From an uncultured delta proteobacterium (GTDB taxonomy: Bacteria > Myxococcota_A > Polyangia > Fen-1088), in NCBI GenBank assembly GCA_963767925.1, contig CAVYGB010000008.1, positions 1,344,001 to 1,408,000 on the forward strand: a stretch of DNA of 64,000 nucleotides. Direction: 5' to 3'. The translations under genes and the position numbers were made by a program. Below are positions 19,518-29,621 of the stretch, one piece after another (positions within the stretch are counted from its first letter, which is position 1; the number at the start of each line of letters is the position of its first letter). The notes beneath the pieces are model-generated. The model was not told the DNA's origin, did not search any database, and was given only the letters and a program-made list of their open reading frames with translations.

Positions 19518-20138
19518 TTATTGCCCCGCGATGGCCTTGAGGTAACCCTCGAGGCACTTGCGCTCGGCGTCGTTGACCGGGTCGAGCTTCGGCTCGAACC
19601 CGGCCTGAGGCGGCATGGTGATGCCGGTGTTCGAGGCGCCCGGGGGACAAACCGGCGGGCTGGCCGCCTGGACCTTCGCCCAGATCACGCTCTCCTGCCA
19701 GGCGGTCGAGTTGATCATCTTGCCCGGCTTGCAGGAGACGATCGGCGTCTTGTCCCGCATGCGCCGCCACACCTCGGCGGTCTGAAGGTCGCTCCAGATG
19801 TTCGCCGCTGCGATCACGTGGCAAGACATACCGGCCGCGCATCGGTTCGAGAAGAACTTGTCCATCTCGCCCAGGTTCGGCCACTGGGGGCAATCCGCGA
19901 CAGGCGTCGCCGCGTTCACGCCACCCGCGCCGCCCGTCGGGTCCCCGCCGCCGGTTCCGCCGGCCCCACCGGCGCCACCCACACTGCCCGCGCCCTCGCT
20001 GCAGATGGCCTGCCACTCGGGACTCTGGTCGCAAGGCAACTCGCCCGGCTGACAGGAGAGCCAACAGGCCGCCGACAACACGGCGACCGTGGCCCCCGCG
20101 CCGAGGCCACGCTTCTGTCGCAGTGGGGCGGTAGTCAT
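19518..20138 (-). CDS. Cys-rich lipoprotein with CX5CH motif (paralog 2)
   Basis: Lipobox WLSC; Gly-rich linker; CAAGMSCH; MPPQ; AGGT RBS. Confidence 0.75.
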   Translation of the reverse strand: MTTAPLRQKRGLGAGATVAVLSAACWLSCQPGELPCDQSPEWQAICSEGAGSVGGAGGAGGTGGGDPTGGAGGVNAATPVADCPQWPNLGEMDKFFSNRCAAGMSCHVIAAANIWSDLQTAEVWRRMRDKTPIVSCKPGKMINSTAWQESVIWAKVQAASPPVCPPGASNTGITMPPQAGFEPKLDPVNDAERKCLEGYLKAIAGQ

Positions 20139-20221
20139 GGTACTACCTGGCTTTTCGGGGGCCAGGCAGCCGCCCTTGAGCGACTATTTGTCGAGAGGCC
20201 GATGAACGGCCGCGAGCGGGG

Positions 20222-20842
20222 CTATTTTCCGGTGACAGCTTTCAGGAAGCCTTCGAGACAGTTGAGCTCGGCCTGGTTGAGCGCGGCCATCTTGGGCTCG
20301 TAGGTCATCTGGGGCGGCATGCTCAGGCCCGCGGCGCCGGTTCCACCGGGGCAGGTAGCCGGGGACTGAACCTTCAGCCAGAGCACGCTGTCCCGCCAGT
20401 TGCCCCCGTTGGCGAGCTTGGAGCCGGCGCAGGAGACCTTGGCGTTCGAGGAGGCATCGGTGATGAGCCTCTGCCACATGCCGGTCTTCTGCATGTCCGT
20501 CCAGACCGCGCCGGTGGCGTGGCAGGTCGTGTTCACGCCACAACGCATGGCGAAGAACTTGTCCATGTCGCCCAGTGTCGGCCACTGCGCGCAGTTCGCG
20601 ACCGGCGTGGCGGCGTTCACCGCACCGCCCATTGGCGCAGGGGAAGGTGCGGGGGCAGGAGCGGGGGACGGGGCAGATCCACCCGACCCTCCGGTGGCCT
20701 GGTCGCAGACCGCTCTCCACTGTTCGTCCTGGTCACAAGGAAGCTCGCCCGGCTGGCAGGACAGCCAGATGGCGCTTCCGAAGATAAGGGCACCCACCAC
20801 CGTCCCGACACCCGCCGTGCGCTGCTGAGAGGCATGCTTCAT
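20222..20842 (-). CDS. Cys-rich lipoprotein with CX5CH motif (paralog 1)
   Basis: Lipobox WLSC; Pro/Ala linker; CGVNTTCH; MPPQ; GGAG RBS; collinear with 19518-20138. Confidence 0.75.
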   Translation of the reverse strand: MKHASQQRTAGVGTVVGALIFGSAIWLSCQPGELPCDQDEQWRAVCDQATGGSGGSAPSPAPAPAPSPAPMGGAVNAATPVANCAQWPTLGDMDKFFAMRCGVNTTCHATGAVWTDMQKTGMWQRLITDASSNAKVSCAGSKLANGGNWRDSVLWLKVQSPATCPGGTGAAGLSMPPQMTYEPKMAALNQAELNCLEGFLKAVTGK

Positions 20843-21009
20843 GTTTCGTCTCCCGAGGTCTGCGTTTTGGGGGCGGCCCCTGCGGCAGTGTGGGGGAAAA
20901 AACTACCACAGGTGTTCCCGCGAGGTATTCGACAAAAGTTAGTGAAACGAATCAGATCCAGTAGCCAAGTCCTTGAAGGGCCCGGACACCGCGCTGCGGC
21001 TCTCTATAT

Positions 21010-21960
21010 CTAGGCGGCCGGCCTTGCGGGTGGTACGAGCTCGGCTGGGTCTATCTCGGATTCAAAAACGATCGAGGCGGGGCCCCTCATGAGGACGCCT
21101 TCTATGGTGTGAGGAGCCTTGCGCTCAATCTCTACAGCTATCTCCAGCGTACCACCTGGCAGATGGATGGGGATAGCCCCGAGTTGCTGCGTGCGCCCCT
21201 CAAGGTAAGCCGCGACGGCGGTGGCGCAAGCGCCTGTCCCACAAGCGAGGGTGATACCGCACCCCCGCTCCCAGACGACGAGGTCGATTTCCTGATCGGA
21301 CCCCGAGCGTCCGGCGCGGACCCGGGCGAACTCCACGTTGGTGCGCCGGGGGAACAGGGGGTCCACCTCGATCTGGGGACCGTAGGTCTCGGCCAGTTCC
21401 CGCAGCGAGGCGGCGGGATCGTCGACGAAGATGACCGCGTGGGGATTACCCATGGAGACGCCGGTGAAGGTGAAGAGGCGGTCCTTCGCCTTCACCGTGG
21501 CCCGGAGGGCCGGCTCACCGGCCGGGCCGGCCACCGGGATCTCTCCCCGGAGCAGCCGGGGCCGCCCCATCTGCACCTGCACCGACCGGACCTGCCCGTC
21601 GACCTCCTCGATCGCGCAAGCCAGGAGGCCGGCTCCGGTGTCGATGTCGATCACGGGCCGCCGGAGGCTGGGGTCGGTCTCGTAGAGGACCTTCGCCACG
21701 CAGCGGATGCCGTTGCCACACATCTCGGCCTCGCTGCCGTCGGCGTTCATGATCCGCATGCGGGCCTGGCCGGACTGTCCCGGCAGGATGGCCAGCACGC
21801 CGTCGGCGCCGATGCCGAAGTGCCGGTCACAAAGGGCCCGGGCCACCTCCGGATCGAGAGGGGAGGGGGCCACCTCGGCCCCCGGCCGGCCGGGCCGCAG
21901 GTCGACGACGACGAAGTCGTTCCCCAGGCCCTGAACCTTCAGGAATGGAAGACGTGCCAC
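21010..21960 (-). CDS. dapF: Diaminopimelate epimerase
   Basis: FLKVQGLGNDF, RHFGIGADG, EMCGNGIRC, SMGNPHAV, WERGCGITLACGTGACA. Confidence 0.95.
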   Translation of the reverse strand: MARLPFLKVQGLGNDFVVVDLRPGRPGAEVAPSPLDPEVARALCDRHFGIGADGVLAILPGQSGQARMRIMNADGSEAEMCGNGIRCVAKVLYETDPSLRRPVIDIDTGAGLLACAIEEVDGQVRSVQVQMGRPRLLRGEIPVAGPAGEPALRATVKAKDRLFTFTGVSMGNPHAVIFVDDPAASLRELAETYGPQIEVDPLFPRRTNVEFARVRAGRSGSDQEIDLVVWERGCGITLACGTGACATAVAAYLEGRTQQLGAIPIHLPGGTLEIAVEIERKAPHTIEGVLMRGPASIVFESEIDPAELVPPARPAA

Positions 21961-21977
21961 GATCGGCGAGGCGGCCC

Positions 21978-22472
21978 CTAGGGGGCCTTCTGCGGCGCCG
22001 GTGAAGGCGGAGCGGACGGGACCGCGGGGGTCGCAGGAGGTGCCGTCGCAGGAGGCGGCGTCGCCGGGCTGCTGCTGCTGGCCGGCTCGGACGAGGCAGC
22101 GGGGGGGGTGGCCGCGGCACCCTTCTTCTCGAGCTCGTCGCGCGCCTTCTCGATGTCCTTGACCACCTTGGCCTTGGCCGCCTGCTCGACCTGCTTGGCC
22201 GCCGCTTGCTTGTCGGCGAGATCCTGCAGGCGTCGAGAGTCGGACTGGCTGGAGAGATAGGCCAGGGCGAGCGAGTTCAGGAAGAAGATGGCCGCGCAGA
22301 TCGCGGTCATCTTCGTGAGAAAGTTCCCCGCGCCCGAGGAGCCGAAGACGGTCTGGCTGCCGCCGCCGCCGAAGGCGATGCCCATGCCCCCCCCCTTGCC
22401 TGCCTGAAGGAGCACGACCAGGACGAGGAAGGCGCAAACGAAGACGTGTACGACAATCAAGAACCAGTACAT
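21978..22472 (-). CDS. secG: Preprotein translocase subunit SecG with low-complexity C-terminal tail
   Basis: VLLQAGKGGGMGIAFGGGGSQTVFGSSGAGNFLTKMT; immediately downstream of tpiA. Confidence 0.95.
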   Translation of the reverse strand: MYWFLIVVHVFVCAFLVLVVLLQAGKGGGMGIAFGGGGSQTVFGSSGAGNFLTKMTAICAAIFFLNSLALAYLSSQSDSRRLQDLADKQAAAKQVEQAAKAKVVKDIEKARDELEKKGAAATPPAASSEPASSSSPATPPPATAPPATPAVPSAPPSPAPQKAP

Positions 22473-23248
22473 GCGCTCGTCCCTTCTTTCACGATTTTGA
22501 CAAAGGAATCAACCGTCAGCGACGCCCCGCCCACCAGGGCACCGTCGATTTCGGGCGCCGCCATGAGGGCGGCGACGTTGTCCGGCTTGACGCTGCCGCC
22601 ATAAAGGATGCGGATGATACCCGCTGTTTCGACGCCCAGCCGCTCCACGAGCTGCGATCGGATGAAGCGGTGAACCTCCCCGGCCTGCTCGGGGGTGGCA
22701 TTTCGGCCGGTCCCGATGGCCCAGACCGGCTCGTAGGCAATGACGCAGGTGCCGGTCTCCGGGCTGGTCAGCGGCTCGAGGGCCCCGGCGAGCTGGGTCC
22801 CCACCCGCTGCAGGGTCTGGCCGCCGTCGCGCTCGGCCAGGGTCTCGCCGATGCAGATGATGGGCACCAGGCCGGCGGCGAGCGCCGCCTTGGACTTCCG
22901 GGCCACCCCGGCGTCGGTCTCCCCGAAGATCTGGCGCCGCTCGGAGTGGCCGACGATGACGTAGCGGGCGCCGGCGTCCACGATCTGCTGCAAGCCCACC
23001 GCGCCGGTGAAGGCTCCCTTGTTCTCCCAGTAGCAGTCCTGGGCGGCGACGCCCAGCCGGCTGCCCTGCAACCTCTGCGCGACGGTCGCCAGGGCCACGA
23101 AGCCGGGGGCCACAGCGGCGTCCGACGCCGCCACCCCCGCGACCCCCTCGCGAACGCCCTCGGCGAGGGCTATCGACTCGGAAAGGGTGCCAAACAGCTT
23201 CCAGTTGCCGCAGAAGAAAGGGCGCGGCCGGGACGGACGGGTGGACAT
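22457..23248 (-). CDS. tpiA: Triosephosphate isomerase
   Basis: GNWK, VIVGHSERR, IAYEPVWAIGTG, LYGGSVKP, DGALVGGASL. Confidence 0.96.
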   Translation of the reverse strand: MSTRPSRPRPFFCGNWKLFGTLSESIALAEGVREGVAGVAASDAAVAPGFVALATVAQRLQGSRLGVAAQDCYWENKGAFTGAVGLQQIVDAGARYVIVGHSERRQIFGETDAGVARKSKAALAAGLVPIICIGETLAERDGGQTLQRVGTQLAGALEPLTSPETGTCVIAYEPVWAIGTGRNATPEQAGEVHRFIRSQLVERLGVETAGIIRILYGGSVKPDNVAALMAAPEIDGALVGGASLTVDSFVKIVKEGTSACTGS

Positions 23249-23258
23249 CGAGATCTCC

Positions 23259-24443
23259 TCAAGCTTCGAGAGCCACAAGCCCGGGAAGCTTGCGGCCCGA
23301 CAAGAGCGCGAGCGCCGCGGGGCCCGCGCTCGCGCAGTGGGTGAGACGGCTGATCACGCCCGCACGCTCGACGGCAGCCGCCGTGTCGCGGCCCGCCGCC
23401 ACCGTGAGAACGGCCCGGCCGCCGGCGATCGCCCGCGCGATGCCCAGCGTGCCGGCGGCGAATGGCTCGGATTCGTAGGCCCCCAGCGGGCCGTTCCAGA
23501 AAATGGTTCGGGCGCGGCCGAGCGCCTCGCTGAAGGAGGCCAGAGTATCGGGGCCCACGTCGAGCGCGGCGAGATCCTCGGGCAGGCGCTGGGCCGCGAC
23601 AACCCTCCCGGCGGGCGAACGGACGCCGGCTGCCGCCACGAGATCGCGCGGCAGCAACACCGAGATGTCGTTGGCCTGGGCCCGGGCGAGGAACGAGCGC
23701 GCCCAGGCCAGCCGGTCGTCGTCGAGCAGGGAGCGGCCGAGGGTGGACCCTCGGGCTTTGAGGAAGGTGTTGGCCACCGCGCCCCCGAAACAGAAGCCAT
23801 CGGCCCGCAGGAGGAGGCTGTCGAGCGCGGGAATACGCTCGGTGAGGCGGGCGCCGCCGAGGACGACCCAGAACGGTCGCTCCACCTCGCCGGTGAGGCG
23901 GCTCATGGCCGCCAGGTCCGCCTCCAGGGCCAGGCCCATCCCCCGGGAGGAGACATGTCGTGGCACGCCGGCCACCGAGGCGTGGGCCTGGTGGCAGACC
24001 GAGAGCGCGTCGTTGACGTACACGTCGGCGTAGCTGGCCAGGGCGCGGGCGAACCGCTCGTCGTTGGCCTCCTCGCCCGGTGAGAACCGCAGGTTTTCGA
24101 GGAGGGCCACCGCCCCGGGGCGCAGGTCGAGGATCACCTTGCGCGCCCCGTCGCCGACCGGCTCGTCGGTGAGCAGGATCTCCTGGCCGAGCAGGTCGGC
24201 CAGGCAGGCGCCGACCGGCTCGAGCGAATATTCGGGGTGCGGCCGCCCTTCGGGCCGTCCCAGGTGCGACGCCAGCACCACCCGGGCGCCCCGGCTGAGC
24301 ACCTCGCGGATGGTCGGGAGGTTGAACGACAGGCCGCCGGCGTCGGCCACGCCGCGAGCCGGGGTCAGGGGAACGTCGAAGTCCACGCGAACGAGGACCC
24401 GGCGCCCCTCGAGATCGAGCTGCGACAGAGAAAGGGCCGGCAT
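23259..24443 (-). CDS. pgk: Phosphoglycerate kinase-like protein with degenerate active-site motifs
   Basis: Full-length PGK scaffold (RVDFxVP, SHLGRP, LLENLRF, YVNDA, WNGP) upstream of tpiA, with many invariant residues replaced. Confidence 0.85.
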   Translation of the reverse strand: MPALSLSQLDLEGRRVLVRVDFDVPLTPARGVADAGGLSFNLPTIREVLSRGARVVLASHLGRPEGRPHPEYSLEPVGACLADLLGQEILLTDEPVGDGARKVILDLRPGAVALLENLRFSPGEEANDERFARALASYADVYVNDALSVCHQAHASVAGVPRHVSSRGMGLALEADLAAMSRLTGEVERPFWVVLGGARLTERIPALDSLLLRADGFCFGGAVANTFLKARGSTLGRSLLDDDRLAWARSFLARAQANDISVLLPRDLVAAAGVRSPAGRVVAAQRLPEDLAALDVGPDTLASFSEALGRARTIFWNGPLGAYESEPFAAGTLGIARAIAGGRAVLTVAAGRDTAAAVERAGVISRLTHCASAGPAALALLSGRKLPGLVALEA

Positions 24444-24500
24444 GAAAGCGCCCACTTTCTACACGTAACCGCGGGTTGCTTCCACATAGTCCCCGGTCCG

Positions 24501-24533
24501 AAAAAACCGAAGGGGCGCCCGTGGCGCCCCTTC
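24501..24533 (-). terminator. Rho-independent terminator after the small gene at 24571-24765
   Basis: Perfect 11-bp stem GAAGGGGCGCC/GGCGCCCCTTC followed by GG and T6 on the minus strand. Confidence 0.85.
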
Positions 24534-24570
24534 AAGGAAGTGAGTCTAGTTCTAAGGAGACTTGAGCTTG

Positions 24571-24765
24571 TTAGTCGAGCCGTCCGTCATCCTTCATGTC
24601 GGAGGTCACGAGGGCGACGATCTCGGTGGCCAGAGCGACAATCTGTTTCGGCTCGTAGCCGTTTTGACGGAGCTCGCGATAAAGAGATTTAGACAGGATT
24701 TTGAGCGCGCGCTCCCGGTTAGGAACCGCTGGTGCTGCTACGCGCGTCGCGAGTGCTTGTGACAT
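24571..24765 (-). CDS. Small helical hypothetical protein (64 aa)
   Basis: Strong GGAGGAGGT RBS before ATG 24765; own promoter and terminator; amphipathic sequence ALKILSKSLYRELRQNGYEPKQIVALATEIVALV. Confidence 0.8.
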   Translation of the reverse strand: MSQALATRVAAPAVPNRERALKILSKSLYRELRQNGYEPKQIVALATEIVALVTSDMKDDGRLD

Positions 24766-24799
24766 GGACCTCCTCCCAAAGAAGGTTGCTCTTCCGGTC

Positions 24800-24815
24800 A
24801 GCATGGCTCGTGCCA
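24800..24815 (-). promoter_or_regulatory. Sigma-54 (-24/-12) promoter
   Basis: Minus strand reads TGGCACGAGCCATGCT (GG-N10-GC), ~35 nt upstream of the ATG, with an AT-rich tract further upstream. Confidence 0.75.
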
Positions 24816-24995
24816 GGCACGGGCGCGATGCAAACCATTGAAATTACTAGCAAGATGTAGGTGTTAAAACGCTCTTGGATGACACAGAGCGCGTAGACCG
24901 CTACGCATCTGCCGCGGCCGCCAGGACGCCCCTCCGGGGCCCAGACGCCCTGCATTCCGCGGCTTACGACTGTAAACGATCGTAATCATTGTATT

Positions 24996-26737
24996 TCACG
25001 GGTGTGTAGCGCCCTTCGCAGACGGAGGCAGGGGAAGCTCCGAGGCGCCGCGGCCGCTTCGCGGTTGGGTAGCCCCCTGCTCGGTCCGCCAGCGGCGGGA
25101 GCGCTCCACGATGGCCCTGTAGCCGTTCAGGCTTCGCCTGGCGCGGACGGGGGACCACCCGAGCTCTTCCCCCAGGATCTCGGCCACCAGGGGCGCACAG
25201 CCGAGGCCCTGCTCGCGGTCGACGCGAAACAGGGGCACCCGCCGGCAGAGGACGTCCTCCACCTCGACGGCGTGCTCATAGCGCGCAGCATAAAGAACCT
25301 CCGCGGCCAGGAAGGGCAGATCGGGCGTCAGACGGAGACGCAGGCGGTCGTTTGCCTCGGCCGCGAGCGTCAAGACCTGCCGGGCCCGCACGCCGTAGCT
25401 GGCGACCAGGTGCGTCCGGACGTCCTCGCCCAGCTCGTGCAGCGCCTCGAGGGTATCGCCTTCCCGGCCGGTCCAGCCCTGCGCCCCGGGCAAGGGCTGG
25501 TGGCGGGTGACACAGGGGCGCAGCGGACCATCGCGGCCCCGGCCGCGCAGCAGCTCGACCAGCCGGTCGACCGCCTCTTCCCCCATCCGGCGCATGGTCG
25601 TGAGCTTTCCTCCCGCGACCGTCAAGATGCCGCGGCCGTCGACCCAGATGGCGTGTTCCCGCGAGGTGGCCGAGGGGTGAGCGGCGCTGCTGGACAGCAG
25701 GGGACGCAGGCCCGCGAAGGTGCTGCACACGTCGTCGGCCTGCAGGCGGACCGAGGGGAAGGCGTGGGCGGCGCACTCGAGCAGATAGTCGACGTCCTCG
25801 GCGTGGGCCCGGATCTCGTCGCCCGGCGCGGGGCCCCGCCCATTTACCTCCGGCCAGTCGGTGTCGGTGGTCCCGATCAGCGTGCGCGGGCCCGCCGGCA
25901 ACACGAACATCACCCGGCGGTCGCGCGGCGAGCGCAGCACGAAGGCCTTTCCGCTGCTGGACAGGCGCTCCGAGTCGACGACGATGTGAACGCCCAGGGT
26001 GGGCCGCAGGATGCGCTCGCCGCCGCGGAAGGCGTCCGAGAACGGTCCGGTGGCGTTGACGACAGCCCGGGCCCGGATGGTCAGCCGTTCGCCGCTGTCG
26101 CGATCGCGCGCCACCACGACGTGGAGCTGACCGCGGCGCCCGCCGGGGGGCTCGATCTCCAGATACGAGGCGACCGCCGCCCCGGCCAGCTCGGCGTCGA
26201 GGACGCTCTCGAGCACCAGGCGGGCATCGTCGGTCTGGCAATCGACGTAGGCGATGGCGCCTTGCAGGCCAGCGCGGCGCAGGCCGGGCGCCAGCTCGGC
26301 CAGCTCGCCAGCGCTCAGCCGCCGGCTGCGCACGGGCGGGCGAAACAGGGCCAGGGCATCGTAGAGCGCGACCCCCACCGAGAGCTTCAGCAGCGAGGGG
26401 TCCTCGCCCCGGAAGGCGGGGAACAAGAACTCCACCGGTCGGCACAGGTGGGGCGCCGTCGCGCATCAAGCCGGCGCCGCTCGGCCAGCGCCTCGAACAC
26501 CAGGTGCAAGTGGCCGTGTTCGAGGTAGCGCAGGCCCCCGTGGATGAGCTTCGAAGAGTGCCCCGAGGTCTCCCCCGCGAAGTCGCCCCGGTCGCACAGG
26601 GCCACCTGCAGCCCGCGCAGGGCCGCGTCCCGGGCCATCGCCGCGCCGGTCGCGCCCGCCCCGACAATCAGGACGTCGAAGGCGTCCTCGCCGAGCCGGG
26701 CGAGCGTGGCCGACCGGGTTGCAGGGGGAGCCAGCAC
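24996..26737 (-). CDS. glpD: FAD-dependent glycerol-3-phosphate dehydrogenase (frameshift near 26465)
   Basis: DVLIVGAGATG, TSGHSSKLIHGGLRYLE; then DCQTDDARL, VNATGPF, IGTTD, FAGLRPL, GGKLTT. Confidence 0.92.
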
Positions 26738-28559
26738 CTACAACTTGAGGGCGATGTGGAGCTCGTCGAGCTGGCGCTGCGCCACCGGGGAGGGCGCCTC
26801 GGTGCAGAGATCGGTCCCCTTCTGGGTCTTGGGGAAAGCGATCACGTCGCGCAGCGACTCGGCTCCGCACAGGAGCATGGCCAGCCGGTCGACCCCGGCT
26901 GCGATCCCGCCGTGGGGTGGCGGACCGTACTTGAAGGCGTCCAGCAGGAACCCGAACTTGGCCCGGGCGTCCTCCTGGCGGTCAGACCCAGGGCGGCGAA
27001 CACGCGGGCCTGCACGTCGGGCGAGTGAATCCGGATCGAGCCGCCCGCCACCTCGTTGCCGTTGAGCACGAGATCGTAGGCCCGGGCCCGCACGGTCGCC
27101 GGCTCGGTCTCCAGCCGGGGCAGATCTTCGGGCATGGGCGAGGTGAAGGGATGGTGGGCGGCGACCAGCTTGCCGTCCTCGGTCTCCTCGAACAGCGGAA
27201 ACTCGGTGATCCAGCAGAACTTCCAGCCGCAGCGCCCTCCTTGGGGATCAGGCCCAGGCTCTCGGCCAGGTGCAAGCGCAGGGCGCCCAGCACGGTGTTG
27301 GCCAGCTTGCGCGCTCCGAACTGGAGGAACAGACGAGGTCGCCCTCCTGCAGGCCGGCCGCGGCGTTCAGCTCGCTGCGCAAGGCATCGGTCATGGTCTT
27401 GAGGGGCGACTGGGTCCAGGCGCCCCTCGGCGGCCGATGCGGGCCCGCGGCCAGCCCGCGCGCGCCGAAGCCCTTGGCGAAGTCCTCCAGCTTGTCGACC
27501 GCGCTGCGGGCCAGCTGGCTGGCCGTGCTCGGCCGGCAGGCGCCAGCCCTTGACCACGCCGTCACCCTTGCCGCTGGCCAGGGCCGCGCGGAACATCTCG
27601 ACGCCGCCGCCGTCGTGGCGGCGCACGACCTCGGTCAGGTCGCACAGGGGCAACCCGAAGCGCAGGTCGGGCTTGTCGCTGCCGTAAAGACCGATGGCCT
27701 CGGCGTAGGGCATGCGCTGAAAGGGCGTGGGCAGATCCAGCCCCAGGACGTCCTTCCACAGCGACGACCATGAGCCTCTCGACGACGTTCTGGACGTCCT
27801 CCTCGACGACGAAGCTCATCTCGAGGTCGATCTGGGTGAACTCGGGCTGGCGATCCAGGCGCAGGTCCTCGTCGCGGAAGCAGCGGACGATCTGGAAGTA
27901 GCGGTCGAAGCCCGCCACCATGAAGAGCTGCTTGAAGATCTGGGGCGACTCGGCCAGCGCGTAGAACGTGCCCGGGGTTGAGCCGCGAGGGGACCAGGAA
28001 GTTGCGGGCGCCGCCCGGGGTGTACTTGACCATGAAGGGGGTCTCGATCTCGAGGAACGCCTTGCTCGGTGAGCACGCGCCGGGTGGTCTGGTAGATCGC
28101 CGAGCGCACCAGGAAGTTTCGTTGCAGCGAGGGGCGGCGCAGGTCGAGCGCCCGGTGCTTCAGGCGCAGCGGTCTCGTTGGCCGAGGTGTCGTCCTCGAT
28201 GTCGAAGGGCGGGCGTCTCGGACCGCGAGAAGATGGTGAGCCGATCGCAGTGGACCTCGATCTCGCCGGTCGGCATCTTGGGGTTGCGGCCGGCGCCGCG
28301 GTCGACCACCATGCCGGTGATCGCCGATGCAGAACTCCGAGCGCAGCTCGCCCGCCAGGGTGTGCGCCTCCTGGTTGACGCTGGGCTCGAAGACGATCTG
28401 GGTGAAACCACCGCGGTCGCGCAGGTCGATGAAGACGCAGCCGCCGTGGTCGCGGCGGGAGGCAACCCAGCCGAACAACACGACGCGTTTTCCTACGTCG
28501 GCGGCGCGCAGGCTGCCGCAGTCATGGGATCGTTTCAGGTCGGTGAGGAACTCGGACAT
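26738..28559 (-). CDS. aspS: Aspartate--tRNA ligase (many apparent frameshifts)
   Basis: [94 protein letters not shown] are spread over several frames. Confidence 0.93.
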
Positions 28560-28654
28560 GGCAGCGGGAGTTACCATCTTTGAAGTGCGTCATGACGCCG
28601 AGGGTGGCCGATATCGACCTTGGCCGCGGTCCAACGTTTGCTATCGTCACGACG

Positions 28655-29618
28655 ATGCGTTTGCGAGTTCTTTACCACGGCAACTGCTTCGACGGGTGCA
28701 GCTCGGCGGGGCTTTTCGCCCGTTTTTACCGCGAACGGATCGCCAAGGGGGACGGTCGACGTCCTCTTCCATCCTCTCGAGCACAAGGGGGCCGGTCCGG
28801 CCATCCCCGCCAACCTGTTCGACGGCGACGAGAACGTCTGTGTGGACTTCCGCTACTCGCAGGACCCCCGCCTCACCTGGTGGTTCGACCACCACATCTC
28901 CGCCTTCCAGGAGCCGGGCGACGAGGCCCACTTCCGGGCCGACGCGAGCGGTCGCAAATTCTACGACCCCACCGCCAAGAGCTGCGCCCGGTTCCTGGCC
29001 CGCACGGTGGCCGAGAAGTTCGGGTTCGACACCGGCCCGGTGGCCGAGCTGATCGAGTGGGCCGAGATCATCGACGGGGCCCTGTTCCCCAACCCGCGCA
29101 TGCCGGTCGAGCTGAAGGAGCCGGCCCTGCGCCTGATGACCTGGGTGGAGAACAACCGGAATCCGGCCCTGGCGGTGCGGTTCATCGAGGACCTCGTGAG
29201 CAAGCCGCTCGCGGCCATCGCCGCAGAGCAGCTACGTGACCGAGCCGCTCGGGCCCGATCCTCGAGCAGCACGCCCGCAACATCGAGACGGTCCGGCGGG
29301 TGGCCCGGGTCGACGACGACGTGGTGGTCACCGATCTCCTCGACGAGAAGGTCGGGGGGCTCAACAAGTTCATCGTCTACTACCTGCACCCCGAGGTGCG
29401 CTACTCGGTGACGCTGCTGCCGGTGGGCAACAAGCTCAAGATCTCGGTGGGGTCGAACCCCTGGTCGCCCAGTCCCCCGCACCCACAACATCGCCGGCAT
29501 CTGCGAGCAATACGGAGGCGGCGGGCACCCGGTGGTGGGCGCGATCTCGCTGCCCGGGGACGACGTACCGGGCGCCCGCAAGGTGGCAGCCGAGATCATC
29601 GCTCGCCTGAAGAGCTGA
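28655..29618 (+). CDS. DHH family phosphoesterase (frameshifted)
   Basis: YHGNCFDG, CVDF, WWFDHH, KSCA, IIDGA; DHHA1-like YGGGGHPVVG at the C-terminus. Confidence 0.8.
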
Positions 29619-29621
29619 CGT

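Noticed and set aside
21960..21980. tRNA-Leu often found after secG
   Set aside because: Only 17 nt separate secG and dapF; no tRNA-like sequence was seen here or elsewhere in the window.
26738..28559. aspS as a true pseudogene or programmed-frameshift gene
   Set aside because: Normally essential gene with all motifs preserved; shifts are scattered without a common slippery motif and neighbouring genes show the same pattern.
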